From: Planctomycetota bacterium
GTDB taxonomy: Bacteria > Planctomycetota > Phycisphaerae > UBA1845
DNA: 64,000 nucleotides
NCBI GenBank assembly: GCA_016860685.1
Contig: BOJX01000001.1
Coordinates: forward strand, 29,776 to 93,775
Reading direction: 5' to 3'
In this document: positions 46,791 to 54,814 of the stretch, piece by piece
Position numbering within the stretch: position 1 is the stretch's first letter
How the letters are laid out: each line of letters begins with the position of its first letter
Position numbers and translations under genes: made by a program
Notes under the pieces: model-generated
Told to the model about the DNA's origin: nothing
The model's input: the letters and a program-made list of their open reading frames with translations, nothing else
Database searches by the model: none

Positions 46791-47371
46791 ATGCGGATCA
46801 GAATCTTCCAGGCGCTGTTCGCCGGAACGTCGAGCCTCTCGCTCATGGGGTTGGGCGGCTGCTGCTCGTCGATGAACCGCCATGACCCGCCTGTCGCGCT
46901 GGTGCGGTCGGCCGAAACCTGCATCGAGCGGATGTATGCGGTTCTCGAGCCTGCGCCTCCTGAGAGGCGCTGGCGGTCTTGTACGGGCTCCTCGAGCCGG
47001 ACGTGACGCTGTACTACCTGTTCGATCCCCAGACCGATCACCCCGCACACATCCGAGGTGAGTACCGGGTGAATCTGTGCATCCCTCGATGGCATGCGAC
47101 GGTAAGTCCCGTCCGGAGGGCTGTGACCCCCGAGGGCGTTATTGAACTCTGGACATGTCACTACGGTGGATCGAGTCGATGGTACGACAAGCTCGACAGG
47201 CATCACTACCTTTACACCGTAACGTCGCCCGGTATTCATGGCGTCCGAACGATCCTCAGTCGCTCGGAGCGCATGGACGAAACCGATGGTCGCCCGAGCC
47301 TGCCCGATGTGGCCGTGCTCCCAGACGGACGGGAAGTGGAATTGCCGATTGACCTCGAACCCCCTCGATGA
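46791..47371 (+). pseudogene. lipoprotein gene split by a frameshift near 46950-46980
   Basis: The frame starting at ATG 46791 encodes the lipobox signal MRIRIFQALFAGTSSLSLMGLGGC and stops at 47006. Wobble GC (69% by my count) and protein-like sequence continue in the -1 frame, open from 46886, as ...LYGLLEPDVTLYYLFDPQTDHP... to 47371. Confidence 0.5.
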
Positions 47372-47418
47372 ATCGGACAGCGGGCACACGCTATCCAACG
47401 CGGAACCTCAGATCGGTC

Positions 47419-48054
47419 TCACTCATCGCCGCGATCTGGTTGTGTCAGGACCGCGTCCGCCACCTCCACATACCGCGATCGGACGAAAGGATTCAACCGA
47501 TCGGCAAACTCCTTCGGCAGCTTCAGCACGCGTATCAACTCCTGCACATCCGCCAGATCGCGCAACCGGCCGGGGTTGGTCATGCCTGACGCGAGCTTCA
47601 ACTCGACGAGCGTCGGCAAGTTGACATAGTTCACCCCGTCGATCGTTTCGACCACGGACGCGGACGCAGGATCGGGAAATGCGATCGGTTTCGGTTTGCC
47701 GTCCCCCGGAAACTGCCCAGTCACGATGAACTCAATTCGCACTCCGGTCTTCGTGTCACGCAGATTCTTGCTGCCTGCAAACAGAGGCAGGTATTCCGTA
47801 CCCTCGAGCTTCTCGTGAATCGCCTTCAGGCCGTCCGCCGTCACCAGCACGTCAACATCCACCGTGGTTCTCAAGTACCCATGCGCCACCAGCGCCATGC
47901 CCCCGACCACGGCATAAGGAATCCCCAGATCGGCCAGTCGCCGGGTGATTTCTGTAAGCGTCTGATGCACGGGATCGTCGCGCATGAAGAACCTTCCCGC
48001 TGCGTGTAGCGCAGATTCACCTCCTCGCCGGGCCTGCACGTCGAAGTCAATCAC
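47419..48054 (-). CDS. minimal nucleotidyltransferase-fold protein (pol-beta superfamily-like)
   Basis: GGMALVAHGYLRTTVDVDVLV fits the hG[GS]-x(9-13)-DxD signature. The GTG start overlaps the stop of the upstream small ORF (GTGA). GC is lower than in the surroundings. Confidence 0.6.
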   Translation of the reverse strand: MIDFDVQARRGGESALHAAGRFFMRDDPVHQTLTEITRRLADLGIPYAVVGGMALVAHGYLRTTVDVDVLVTADGLKAIHEKLEGTEYLPLFAGSKNLRDTKTGVRIEFIVTGQFPGDGKPKPIAFPDPASASVVETIDGVNYVNLPTLVELKLASGMTNPGRLRDLADVQELIRVLKLPKEFADRLNPFVRSRYVEVADAVLTQPDRGDE

Positions 48055-48251
48055 GAGCTTCTTGCATCCGTTTTGAGTTCAGCAAACTCAAAAACTCTCT
48101 GAAGTCGGCCGGTCATCGCGGCGTCGCCATAATTGATCTGCCGAAGAAGCTCCGCCGCTTCAAGCCGTTCCTCCGGCGTTCGGCTCAGCCAGTATTCGCG
48201 CTCGCCGTCGTCGTCGTCCAGCGTGCCGAACTCAAAGACGGCGCGATCCAT
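48051..48251 (-). CDS. small acidic protein, partner of the nucleotidyltransferase-fold protein
   Basis: ORF 48051..48299; the likely start is MDRAVFEFGTLDDDDGEREYWLSRTPEERLEAAELLRQINYG...RLQRVFEF. The 4-nt overlap with the downstream gene implies translational coupling. Confidence 0.5.
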   Translation of the reverse strand: MDRAVFEFGTLDDDDGEREYWLSRTPEERLEAAELLRQINYGDAAMTGRLQRVFEFAELKTDARSS

Positions 48252-48359
48252 CCGGGCCGCGGCGACCCGGTTCCCCGGTTGATGTTCGCACCCGTTCATC
48301 GATGCTGATTATATCGCGCGGCAAGCGGGCGGGCAGTCATGACTGCGGCGGTGCCGCGC

Positions 48360-49916
48360 TTACATGAGCTTGAAGCTGCCGACCTCGACCGCCGGCTCGG
48401 AGGGCGCCTCGAAGGATTCCGCCGGGCGGGCGCGGTATTGCTCGAGGATGCCGCGGATCCACATCCGCGCCCGGTCGTTTAAGTCGAAGTCGTCGGTCAT
48501 CAGGCGGCCGGGCGTAACGAGGATGCCCAGGTCGCTGCCGTGATAGCGGTAGTCGCCTTCGCGGGCGATGCGCAGGAAAAACGCGAGCGACTCGTCCTCG
48601 ACCGTGCGGCGATGGGTCTGCATGCGCACGTAGTCCAGGCGCCCGTCGGGACGCATGCGCCAGACGCCGCTTTTCGGGGCGGACGTGATCAGCTCCACCG
48701 TGTCGGGCACATGCTTGATGACGAGCTGGCCCCAACTGTCGATGTTCGCGGGGTCGGACCAGCGGTCGTTGATCGCCGCGACGTCAAGGTCGAAATCCAC
48801 GCCGGACCACTCCAGCAGGTGAAAAAGGAACAGCGGCGCATCCGCGTGGGCGAACGTGGCGAGGTTGGTCATGCTGCTGGCGCCGGTGATGCGCGGGTTG
48901 ACTTCGCCGAGATAAAGCTTGCCGCTGTCGAGGTCGGTGAGGTAGTCGATCTCGAAGTATCCCCGATATCCGAGGCGGCGCAGCGCCTGTCCGAACTGGA
49001 AGGTGTACTTGCGCGCCTGGTTGCGGATGCGCCGCGTGAAGGCGTCGGCGTAGACCTCGTTCCCGCACCAGCCGCCGCGGTAGGGCGTCAATTCCTTGAA
49101 TCCGATCAGCTCGGTCATCAGCGGTCCGACGATCGTGCCGTGGCGTGTGACGCAGGCCTCCTGCGCCGACCCGCGGCAGCGGATGCGCTTCATGATCTTG
49201 ACCTTCGGCTCGCGGATGATCTCGTCCGCGTGGCGCTCCCAGTCCGCCTCGGTGCTGATGAAGAACGTCGTGTGTCCTGAGTCGCCGAACGAGGTCTGCA
49301 CGACGAGATCCTCGCCCAACCGGCGCGAGAGCTTGCGGAGCTTCGCGTAACTGTCCACTTTCGCCAGCACGTTCGGCACGCTGGGGACGCCCGCCCGCTT
49401 CGCAATGCGCGTCGCCTCGACCTTGTCATCTACCTTCCGCCGCAGCGCCGCGGAGGGGAAGCAGACTTCCAGCCCCAGGTCGGCGCACAACTGCTCCGTA
49501 TGTTCATCGAAAAAGAGGAAGACCGCCTTTCCGCCCGGACCACGGCGTTCAATGAAGTCGATGACCTCCTTGTGCTCCAGCAGGTAGTTGTTGATGTCCT
49601 CGATGCCGGCGAAGGGACGATGCGGCATCTCCGACGGCACGAACACCGCCGGGTGCTGATGATCGAAGCAGTCGATGTAATTGATGAACCGGAAGTTGCG
49701 GACCCACTCATCAATGCCGAGAAGGTTGAAATTCGTGGCGGAGATGAAGTAGATCGGCGTCTCATTGCGGTGGAAGAAGCGGCGAACGTCACTGAGACCG
49801 TGGAGCACTCGGCGATTCCGCGCAGAGCTTCGCGCCGCGGGGCGGCGGGTCCGTCGCGGCGTCGTCCGTCGGCTCTTCCTCAGGGTTCTGCGTTCGCTCA
49901 TGTCGTCGTTTCCCAT
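48360..49916 (-). CDS. ATP-grasp domain protein (carboxylate-amine ligase-like), Arg-rich N-terminus
   Basis: Start at ATG 49916 or 49901. The central region runs VVQTSFGDSGHTTFFI...CVTRHGTIVGP...GYRGYFEIDYL...LYLGEVNPRITGAS, which is ATP-grasp-like. Confidence 0.65.
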   Translation of the reverse strand: MGNDDMSERRTLRKSRRTTPRRTRRPAARSSARNRRVLHGLSDVRRFFHRNETPIYFISATNFNLLGIDEWVRNFRFINYIDCFDHQHPAVFVPSEMPHRPFAGIEDINNYLLEHKEVIDFIERRGPGGKAVFLFFDEHTEQLCADLGLEVCFPSAALRRKVDDKVEATRIAKRAGVPSVPNVLAKVDSYAKLRKLSRRLGEDLVVQTSFGDSGHTTFFISTEADWERHADEIIREPKVKIMKRIRCRGSAQEACVTRHGTIVGPLMTELIGFKELTPYRGGWCGNEVYADAFTRRIRNQARKYTFQFGQALRRLGYRGYFEIDYLTDLDSGKLYLGEVNPRITGASSMTNLATFAHADAPLFLFHLLEWSGVDFDLDVAAINDRWSDPANIDSWGQLVIKHVPDTVELITSAPKSGVWRMRPDGRLDYVRMQTHRRTVEDESLAFFLRIAREGDYRYHGSDLGILVTPGRLMTDDFDLNDRARMWIRGILEQYRARPAESFEAPSEPAVEVGSFKLM

Positions 49917-50574
49917 CGTGACCGGCCGAAGACGCGGTTCCGCCTTGCGGCGTCGAGACACCGACCGGGTGTGCCTCATCCCAGCCCGGAGAACGTTAAC
50001 CCAAGCCGAACGCCCGCGGAAGCATCCGCGGATGTCGGCCGCCCAGAAGATTGCACGGACTTGCGCCGGGGTACACAACAAGAGGCGTTTCGCCGCCCTG
50101 GCCCGCGGGATACGGGTACTCCGAGGAACTCAGATTCAACACGGGAAGGTAGGTCGCTCGTGATCGACGGGAATGCGCGTCTCCTGACGGCTTTCGGCTC
50201 CGGACCCGACTCTGCCCCTCGTGGATTTCACCACAAACCGCTGACCGGCTTCGGAGGTTCAGACGCGGGTCGATCTCCGGCAGCCTCGGATTCACTTTGC
50301 CGCGGGGCAAGTCCTGGACGGGCATCAAGCGTGGTGGCGGCGGATTCAGGAACCGAAGAAAGAAACAACCGCGCTGAGCGTCTCAACGACGCCCGGCGCG
50401 GCTGATGCTCAGCGGGACGACCCCCTCGCTTTGGCGTCGTGTCGCGGCGCCCGATCGGAACCCCGCAACTCCCGCTTTCAGAATCCCTTGCGACCCCCCG
50501 CTCAAGATTCCTGACGTACCGGCCTTGAGCATACCCCGTCCCGGCGGGCTTCCGGCGAAAGCGACCCAAAAAGG

Positions 50575-50640
50575 TCGAGTCTTCTTTTTCGTGAAAAACG
50601 GGGCGGACCACCCCTCGAAAAAGAACGGGCTGAACCCCGG
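50575..50640 (-). repeat. possible fourth, strongly diverged copy of the structured repeat (74 nt downstream of the sppA stop)
   Basis: Shares GAAAAAC(C)GG and AACGGGCTGA blocks in the same order and orientation as copies A-C. Confidence 0.3.
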
Positions 50641-50651
50641 CGGCCCAGCCC
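50582..50651 (-). terminator. compound hairpin / U-tract region downstream of sppA
   Basis: In the minus sense: GGGCTG...CAGCCC followed by GTTCTTTTT, then GGGGTGGTCCGCCCC followed by GTTTTT. A 10-bp stem TTCTTTTTCG / CGAAAAAGAA (50582-50591 with 50615-50624) is also present. Confidence 0.55.
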
Positions 50652-50714
50652 ATCTTTATTCATAACATCATGTAAAATATTGACTTAATGAACCACCCCT
50701 CCCAAGTTCCTCCA

Positions 50715-52559
50715 TCAGCGGATCACCCACTCCTGGGGCATCATCGTGACCACGCCCTCCGCCTGGATGAGCTGGAGCTTCTTGACCGCCCGGATCAGCG
50801 CCGCCGCCCGGACGGGGTCGAGGGTCTGCGCCAAAGCGTGAACCTCGCGGACCAGCGGGGAATCGGCCGTGAAGAGCGACGCACCGGCGCGGGACTCCGC
50901 GTATTCCTCATCGTCGCCGCCCCCGAACATCATCTTGAACATGTTCGGCGCCTCGGGGTAGGTGCGCAGGTCGAAGTCCTCAAGGTTCGCTTTGTCGGCG
51001 GCATACGTGACGGCGTCGGACATCCCGCCGATCTGATCCACGAGCCCCAGCTTCAGCGCCTGCTCTCCGGTGAAGACGCGCCCGCCGGCAAGCTCGTCGA
51101 TCGGTTTCGTCAGCTTCGAGCCGCGGTACTTCGTGACGTGTCCCTTGAAGATGTCGTAGATGTCGTGCATGTACTTCGTCATGCGGGCGCGTTCCTCGTC
51201 GTTCCAGACCGAGGCGCTGCTCATCATGCCCGCCATCTTCCCGCGCTGGTAGCCGTGCCAGTGAATGCCGAGCTTGCTCCAGCCGCCGGTGGTGGCGAGC
51301 TTGCCGCCGATGACGCCGATCGACGCGGTGATGGTGGTGGCGTCGGCGAAGATGGCGTCCCCGGAACAGGAGACGTAGTACCCCCCGCTGCCGGCGACGT
51401 TGCCCATCGAGACGATGACGGGTTTGCCCTTCGCCTGCACGCGTTTGACCGCGTCGAGGATGATCTCGCTGGCCAGCGCCGACCCGCCGGGCGAATCCAC
51501 GCGGAGCACGACGGCCTTGACCGCCTCGTTATCGGCGACCTTGTCGAGGGCTTTGCGGATCGTGGTGCTGTAAGCGCCGTCGGAGCCGCCGAAGGGGCTG
51601 TACTCGGCCTCGCCGGGCTGGATCGCGCCTTCCACGTACACGATGGCGACGACCGGTTTGTTGGATTCCTCCGGTTCCTCGAGCATCATCTGAAAGATCT
51701 TGCTCAGAAGGGTGAAAGGATCGGTGGGGATGTCGCCCAGCGCGTCCTTTTCCCCGTAATTTCTGCGGATTTCGACGCTCCCCCCGTACTTGCTCTTGAG
51801 GCGGGCGATAAAGTCCTGGCGGTGCTCGACGGCATCGATGACGCCGGCCTTGAGGGCGTCCTCGGCCGTGTAAGGGCCTCCGTCGATGAGCGCCTTGACC
51901 TTGTCCGGCGTACTGCCGCGTCCCTGGGCGATCATACCGACGAGGCTGTCGTAGATGCTGTCGAAGAGCCAGTTCTCCATCTTCTCGGCCGACTCGGACG
52001 GTCCGGTGCGCATGAAGATCTCGCCGGCGCTCTTGAAGTCGCCGCATTGCAGGAAATCCGGGACGACGCCCATCTTGTCCAGCATTCCGCGCAGGTACGG
52101 CGACTCGCCGTAAATGCCGGTAAGCCAGACGTCTCCCGTCGGCGTGATCGAGATGTCGGACGCGCAGCTTGCGAGGGCGTACTCGCCCGTCGCGATGCTG
52201 TCGGCGTGAACGTACACCGGTTTGCCCGCGGCTTTGATTTTCTCGACGGACTTGCGGACCTCCTCCATCTGCGCCAGCCCGAGGGCGGCGTTCTCGACGT
52301 TGAGAATGACGGCGACGACGTTCTTGTCCTCTCGCGCGTCACGCAGGCGCACGAGGAGATCCTTGAACGACGAGGGCATCTCGGACGCGAAAAGCGGAGG
52401 CATCTCCTGCGGGACTTCCGTGACCGGCCTCGAAAGATCGATGTGGGCGATCACCGACTGCCGCGCGTGCGCGTCGGGCGCGGCGCCGCTTATGACCCCG
52501 CAAACAGCGCAAACCCCGAGAAACAACCTTGCTGATCTCGACTTGCTCCACCGATTCAT
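50715..52559 (-). CDS. sppA: signal peptide peptidase SppA, 67K type
   Basis: ATG 52559 (MNRWSKSRSARLFLGVCAVC...). Two ClpP/crotonase-like halves, with VVLRVDSPGGSALASE and MGNVAGSGGYYV. Confidence 0.85.
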   Translation of the reverse strand: MNRWSKSRSARLFLGVCAVCGVISGAAPDAHARQSVIAHIDLSRPVTEVPQEMPPLFASEMPSSFKDLLVRLRDAREDKNVVAVILNVENAALGLAQMEEVRKSVEKIKAAGKPVYVHADSIATGEYALASCASDISITPTGDVWLTGIYGESPYLRGMLDKMGVVPDFLQCGDFKSAGEIFMRTGPSESAEKMENWLFDSIYDSLVGMIAQGRGSTPDKVKALIDGGPYTAEDALKAGVIDAVEHRQDFIARLKSKYGGSVEIRRNYGEKDALGDIPTDPFTLLSKIFQMMLEEPEESNKPVVAIVYVEGAIQPGEAEYSPFGGSDGAYSTTIRKALDKVADNEAVKAVVLRVDSPGGSALASEIILDAVKRVQAKGKPVIVSMGNVAGSGGYYVSCSGDAIFADATTITASIGVIGGKLATTGGWSKLGIHWHGYQRGKMAGMMSSASVWNDEERARMTKYMHDIYDIFKGHVTKYRGSKLTKPIDELAGGRVFTGEQALKLGLVDQIGGMSDAVTYAADKANLEDFDLRTYPEAPNMFKMMFGGGDDEEYAESRAGASLFTADSPLVREVHALAQTLDPVRAAALIRAVKKLQLIQAEGVVTMMPQEWVIR

Positions 52560-52752
52560 ACGTAGACCTCCAGCGTTCAGGACCCTTTCACACACCCGGT
52601 TGACGATGAGTTCTTCACCGCCCGCCCAGGAATATTATCGTGCGGCATCAAGCGCTGGTACGGCGACGGTCAAGTCACACAACTCCCGACAGGCGCGCAC
52701 AATTGAGGCGGAAGAGGCATCGTCGATATCGGTCCACGTCGGGTCAGAAAGG

Positions 52753-53268
52753 CTACTTCTTGCCAAGTGAACGCTGTCGGTTGAAGAACGCGCGTAGAAC
52801 GGCAGCGCAGTCGTCGCGCAGGACGCCGCTGACCGTCTCGACCCGGTGATTCAGCCGCAGGTCGGTCGGGATCGAGTAAAGCGAGCCGCAGGCGCCGCCC
52901 TTCGGGTCCGCCGTGCCGAACACCAGGCGCGCCACGCGGGCGAGGACGATCGCCCCGGCACACATCGGGCAAGGCTCCAGCGTGACGTAAAGGGTGCAGC
53001 GCTCGAGCCTCCAGTCCCCGACGGCTTCGGCGGCGGCGGTCAGCGCGATCATCTCGGCGTGGGCGGTCGGATCCTTGAGAGTCTGACGCTGGTTGAACCC
53101 GCGCCCGATGATGCGGCCGCCGTGGACGACAACCGCGCCCACCGGGACTTCGTCGGCCTCGAACGCCAGGTGCGCCAGGTCCAGCGCGACGCGCATGAAA
53201 CGATTGTCCGCGCCCGGGTCGGGCGCGTCATCGCGCAGACTGACGGAGATGTCCGGTATTTCACTCAT
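52753..53268 (-). CDS. tadA: tRNA adenosine(34) deaminase
   Basis: ATG 53268. HAEMIAL and [11 protein letters not shown] are the CDA zinc motifs. Confidence 0.9.
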   Translation of the reverse strand: MSEIPDISVSLRDDAPDPGADNRFMRVALDLAHLAFEADEVPVGAVVVHGGRIIGRGFNQRQTLKDPTAHAEMIALTAAAEAVGDWRLERCTLYVTLEPCPMCAGAIVLARVARLVFGTADPKGGACGSLYSIPTDLRLNHRVETVSGVLRDDCAAVLRAFFNRQRSLGKK

Positions 53269-53435
53269 GTTGCCAGACCGCCGCTTCCGGCGTCTTCCAA
53301 GGCGGGACGGAATCATACAGGAATATGCGAGATGCCGCAGCGAAGCGCACGTCAATCTCGAAAAAAGGACGGGGGGGCGGTTCAACGACGGTCCGGCGCG
53401 GCTTGTGTTTGACGGCGGGGCCGGTGTAATGAGTG

Positions 53436-54134
53436 ATGCGGCGGATGAAACCGGCGGGCCGCGCGCGGAGGGCGGACGGCGTGAGTCACACACTCGGGTT
53501 CGTCAGGCAGTTCATTTCAAATCCTCACTCGGTCGGCGCGATCGTCCCGAGCAGCCGCTTGCTCGCCCGGGCGCTATGCGAGCCGTATCAGGCTTCGCAG
53601 CCGCCGGCCTCGGTGCTCGAAGTCGGCGCGGGAACCGGGGCGGTGACGAAGTACATCGGGAGCGTGCTTCGCACTGGCGACACCCTCGACATCTGCGAGA
53701 TCTCGCCGGCGTTCACGGATCTGCTGCGTCGCAACGTGCTGACGACCCCCCTTTTCTCAGGTCCGGCGGCGGCAGGCCGCGTGCGATTGCTGGAGGGTCC
53801 GGTCCAGGACGTCATCGGCGACCGCAAGTATCACTTCATCATCTCCGGGCTGCCGCTGACAATCTTCACCGTCGAGCAGGTCAGCCGGATTCTTGACGCG
53901 TTGCGCCGCAGCCTGCACCCGGGCGGCGTCTTCAGTTACTTCGAGTACATCGGGCTGCGGAAACTGTCCGGCGCCTTGATGACCGGGCGGGAGCGCCGCC
54001 GCGCCCGGGAAGTCTCGAAGTTCCTGACGACGAACATTGCCGCGTATCAGTTCCAGCGCCGGACGGTGCTCATCAATCTTCCGCCGGCCTACGCGCGGCA
54101 TTGGCGCTTTGACGACGGCGCGACCGCAGCGTAA
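53436..54134 (+). CDS. class I SAM-dependent methyltransferase
   Basis: [15 protein letters not shown] (motif I), followed by a DICEISP acidic loop. About 230 aa. Confidence 0.7.
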   Translation: MRRMKPAGRARRADGVSHTLGFVRQFISNPHSVGAIVPSSRLLARALCEPYQASQPPASVLEVGAGTGAVTKYIGSVLRTGDTLDICEISPAFTDLLRRNVLTTPLFSGPAAAGRVRLLEGPVQDVIGDRKYHFIISGLPLTIFTVEQVSRILDALRRSLHPGGVFSYFEYIGLRKLSGALMTGRERRRAREVSKFLTTNIAAYQFQRRTVLINLPPAYARHWRFDDGATAA

Positions 54135-54183
54135 GCACAGACGCTTGCGCCGGCGACGGTAAAGGCGCACCGCGATCGCCCGC

Positions 54184-54723
54184 TCAGTCTGACTGGGGCG
54201 GAAGCGGGTCCGGGTTCTCCGCACGCGCGCGATGCCCGCGAATCTCGACCACCCAGTCTTCAGACGTACCGAGTTCGCCCCCGGCGTGGTCCGCAAGTTC
54301 GACTTTCGTTAACTGCTCCGTGATCACGAGGGTGTCCTTCGCCTTCAGATACTTGTCGTACCAGAGGAACATCGGGGTGGATTCAAACCCTTTTTTCCAG
54401 AGCTTGATCGAAAACGTCTCGACGTAGTAATCATGCTCCTCAGTGATGCTGAAGCTCATGCGGACCTTGCCGTCCGGGAGCGGTTCGAAGCTGAGGTCAC
54501 AATGCAGGACCGGAGGGACGGCAGGCTCCTCGCCGGGCAGGTCGCGGACGGCGAGGATGCTCTTCGTCTTCTCGATTTCGGGATCGACCGGCTCAATGAC
54601 GTCGTCTTCCTCGACGACGGCGCCGTTGTCGCCGACGTCGCCGGAGGGTTTCTTCTGCGTCAAGGCGTAGATCGCCACGCCGGCGAGAATCACAAGAAGC
54701 ACATAAAGCAGCGGCCGTCCCAT
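54184..54723 (-). CDS. membrane-anchored hypothetical protein
   Basis: ATG 54723 gives MGRPLLYVLLVILAGVAIYAL (a single TM helix), followed by a soluble domain. Confidence 0.55.
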   Translation of the reverse strand: MGRPLLYVLLVILAGVAIYALTQKKPSGDVGDNGAVVEEDDVIEPVDPEIEKTKSILAVRDLPGEEPAVPPVLHCDLSFEPLPDGKVRMSFSITEEHDYYVETFSIKLWKKGFESTPMFLWYDKYLKAKDTLVITEQLTKVELADHAGGELGTSEDWVVEIRGHRARAENPDPLPPQSD

Positions 54724-54814
54724 CGATGCTCTCCTGTCCGCGGCGCCGACCCGGTTCTGCTCCGGGGTCCGCACTTCCGCAGGAGCACATTGTAATGCCC
54801 CCGCATCGAAAGCT

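Noticed and set aside
46766-47398. The minus-strand 210-aa ORF overlapping the ispG start by 4 nt, as an upstream operon member.
   Set aside because: Its left part shares wobble positions with the plus-strand lipoprotein-signal frame, which is a shadow-ORF pattern. Its sequence is not protein-like (it ends ...KILIRIVKVKAKA). The plus strand gives a lipobox signal and higher wobble GC.
50372-50440. An H-type pseudoknot formed by two interleaved 8-bp pairings in the ATP-grasp leader, treated as a specific RNA element.
   Set aside because: In about 700 nt of roughly 67% GC sequence, several 8-bp complementarities are expected by chance. Without covariation data it cannot be called a feature, so it is only mentioned within the leader finding.
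50330-50645. Possible tmRNA on the minus strand: a GGGG...GACTCGACC-like 5' region, CCGCCACCA further 3', and pseudoknot-capable segments.
   Set aside because: No acceptor-stem pairing exists between the putative ends, the T-arm cannot be formed, and no tag reading frame ends in a hydrophobic tail. The 5' part is better explained as sppA terminator hairpins with U-tracts.
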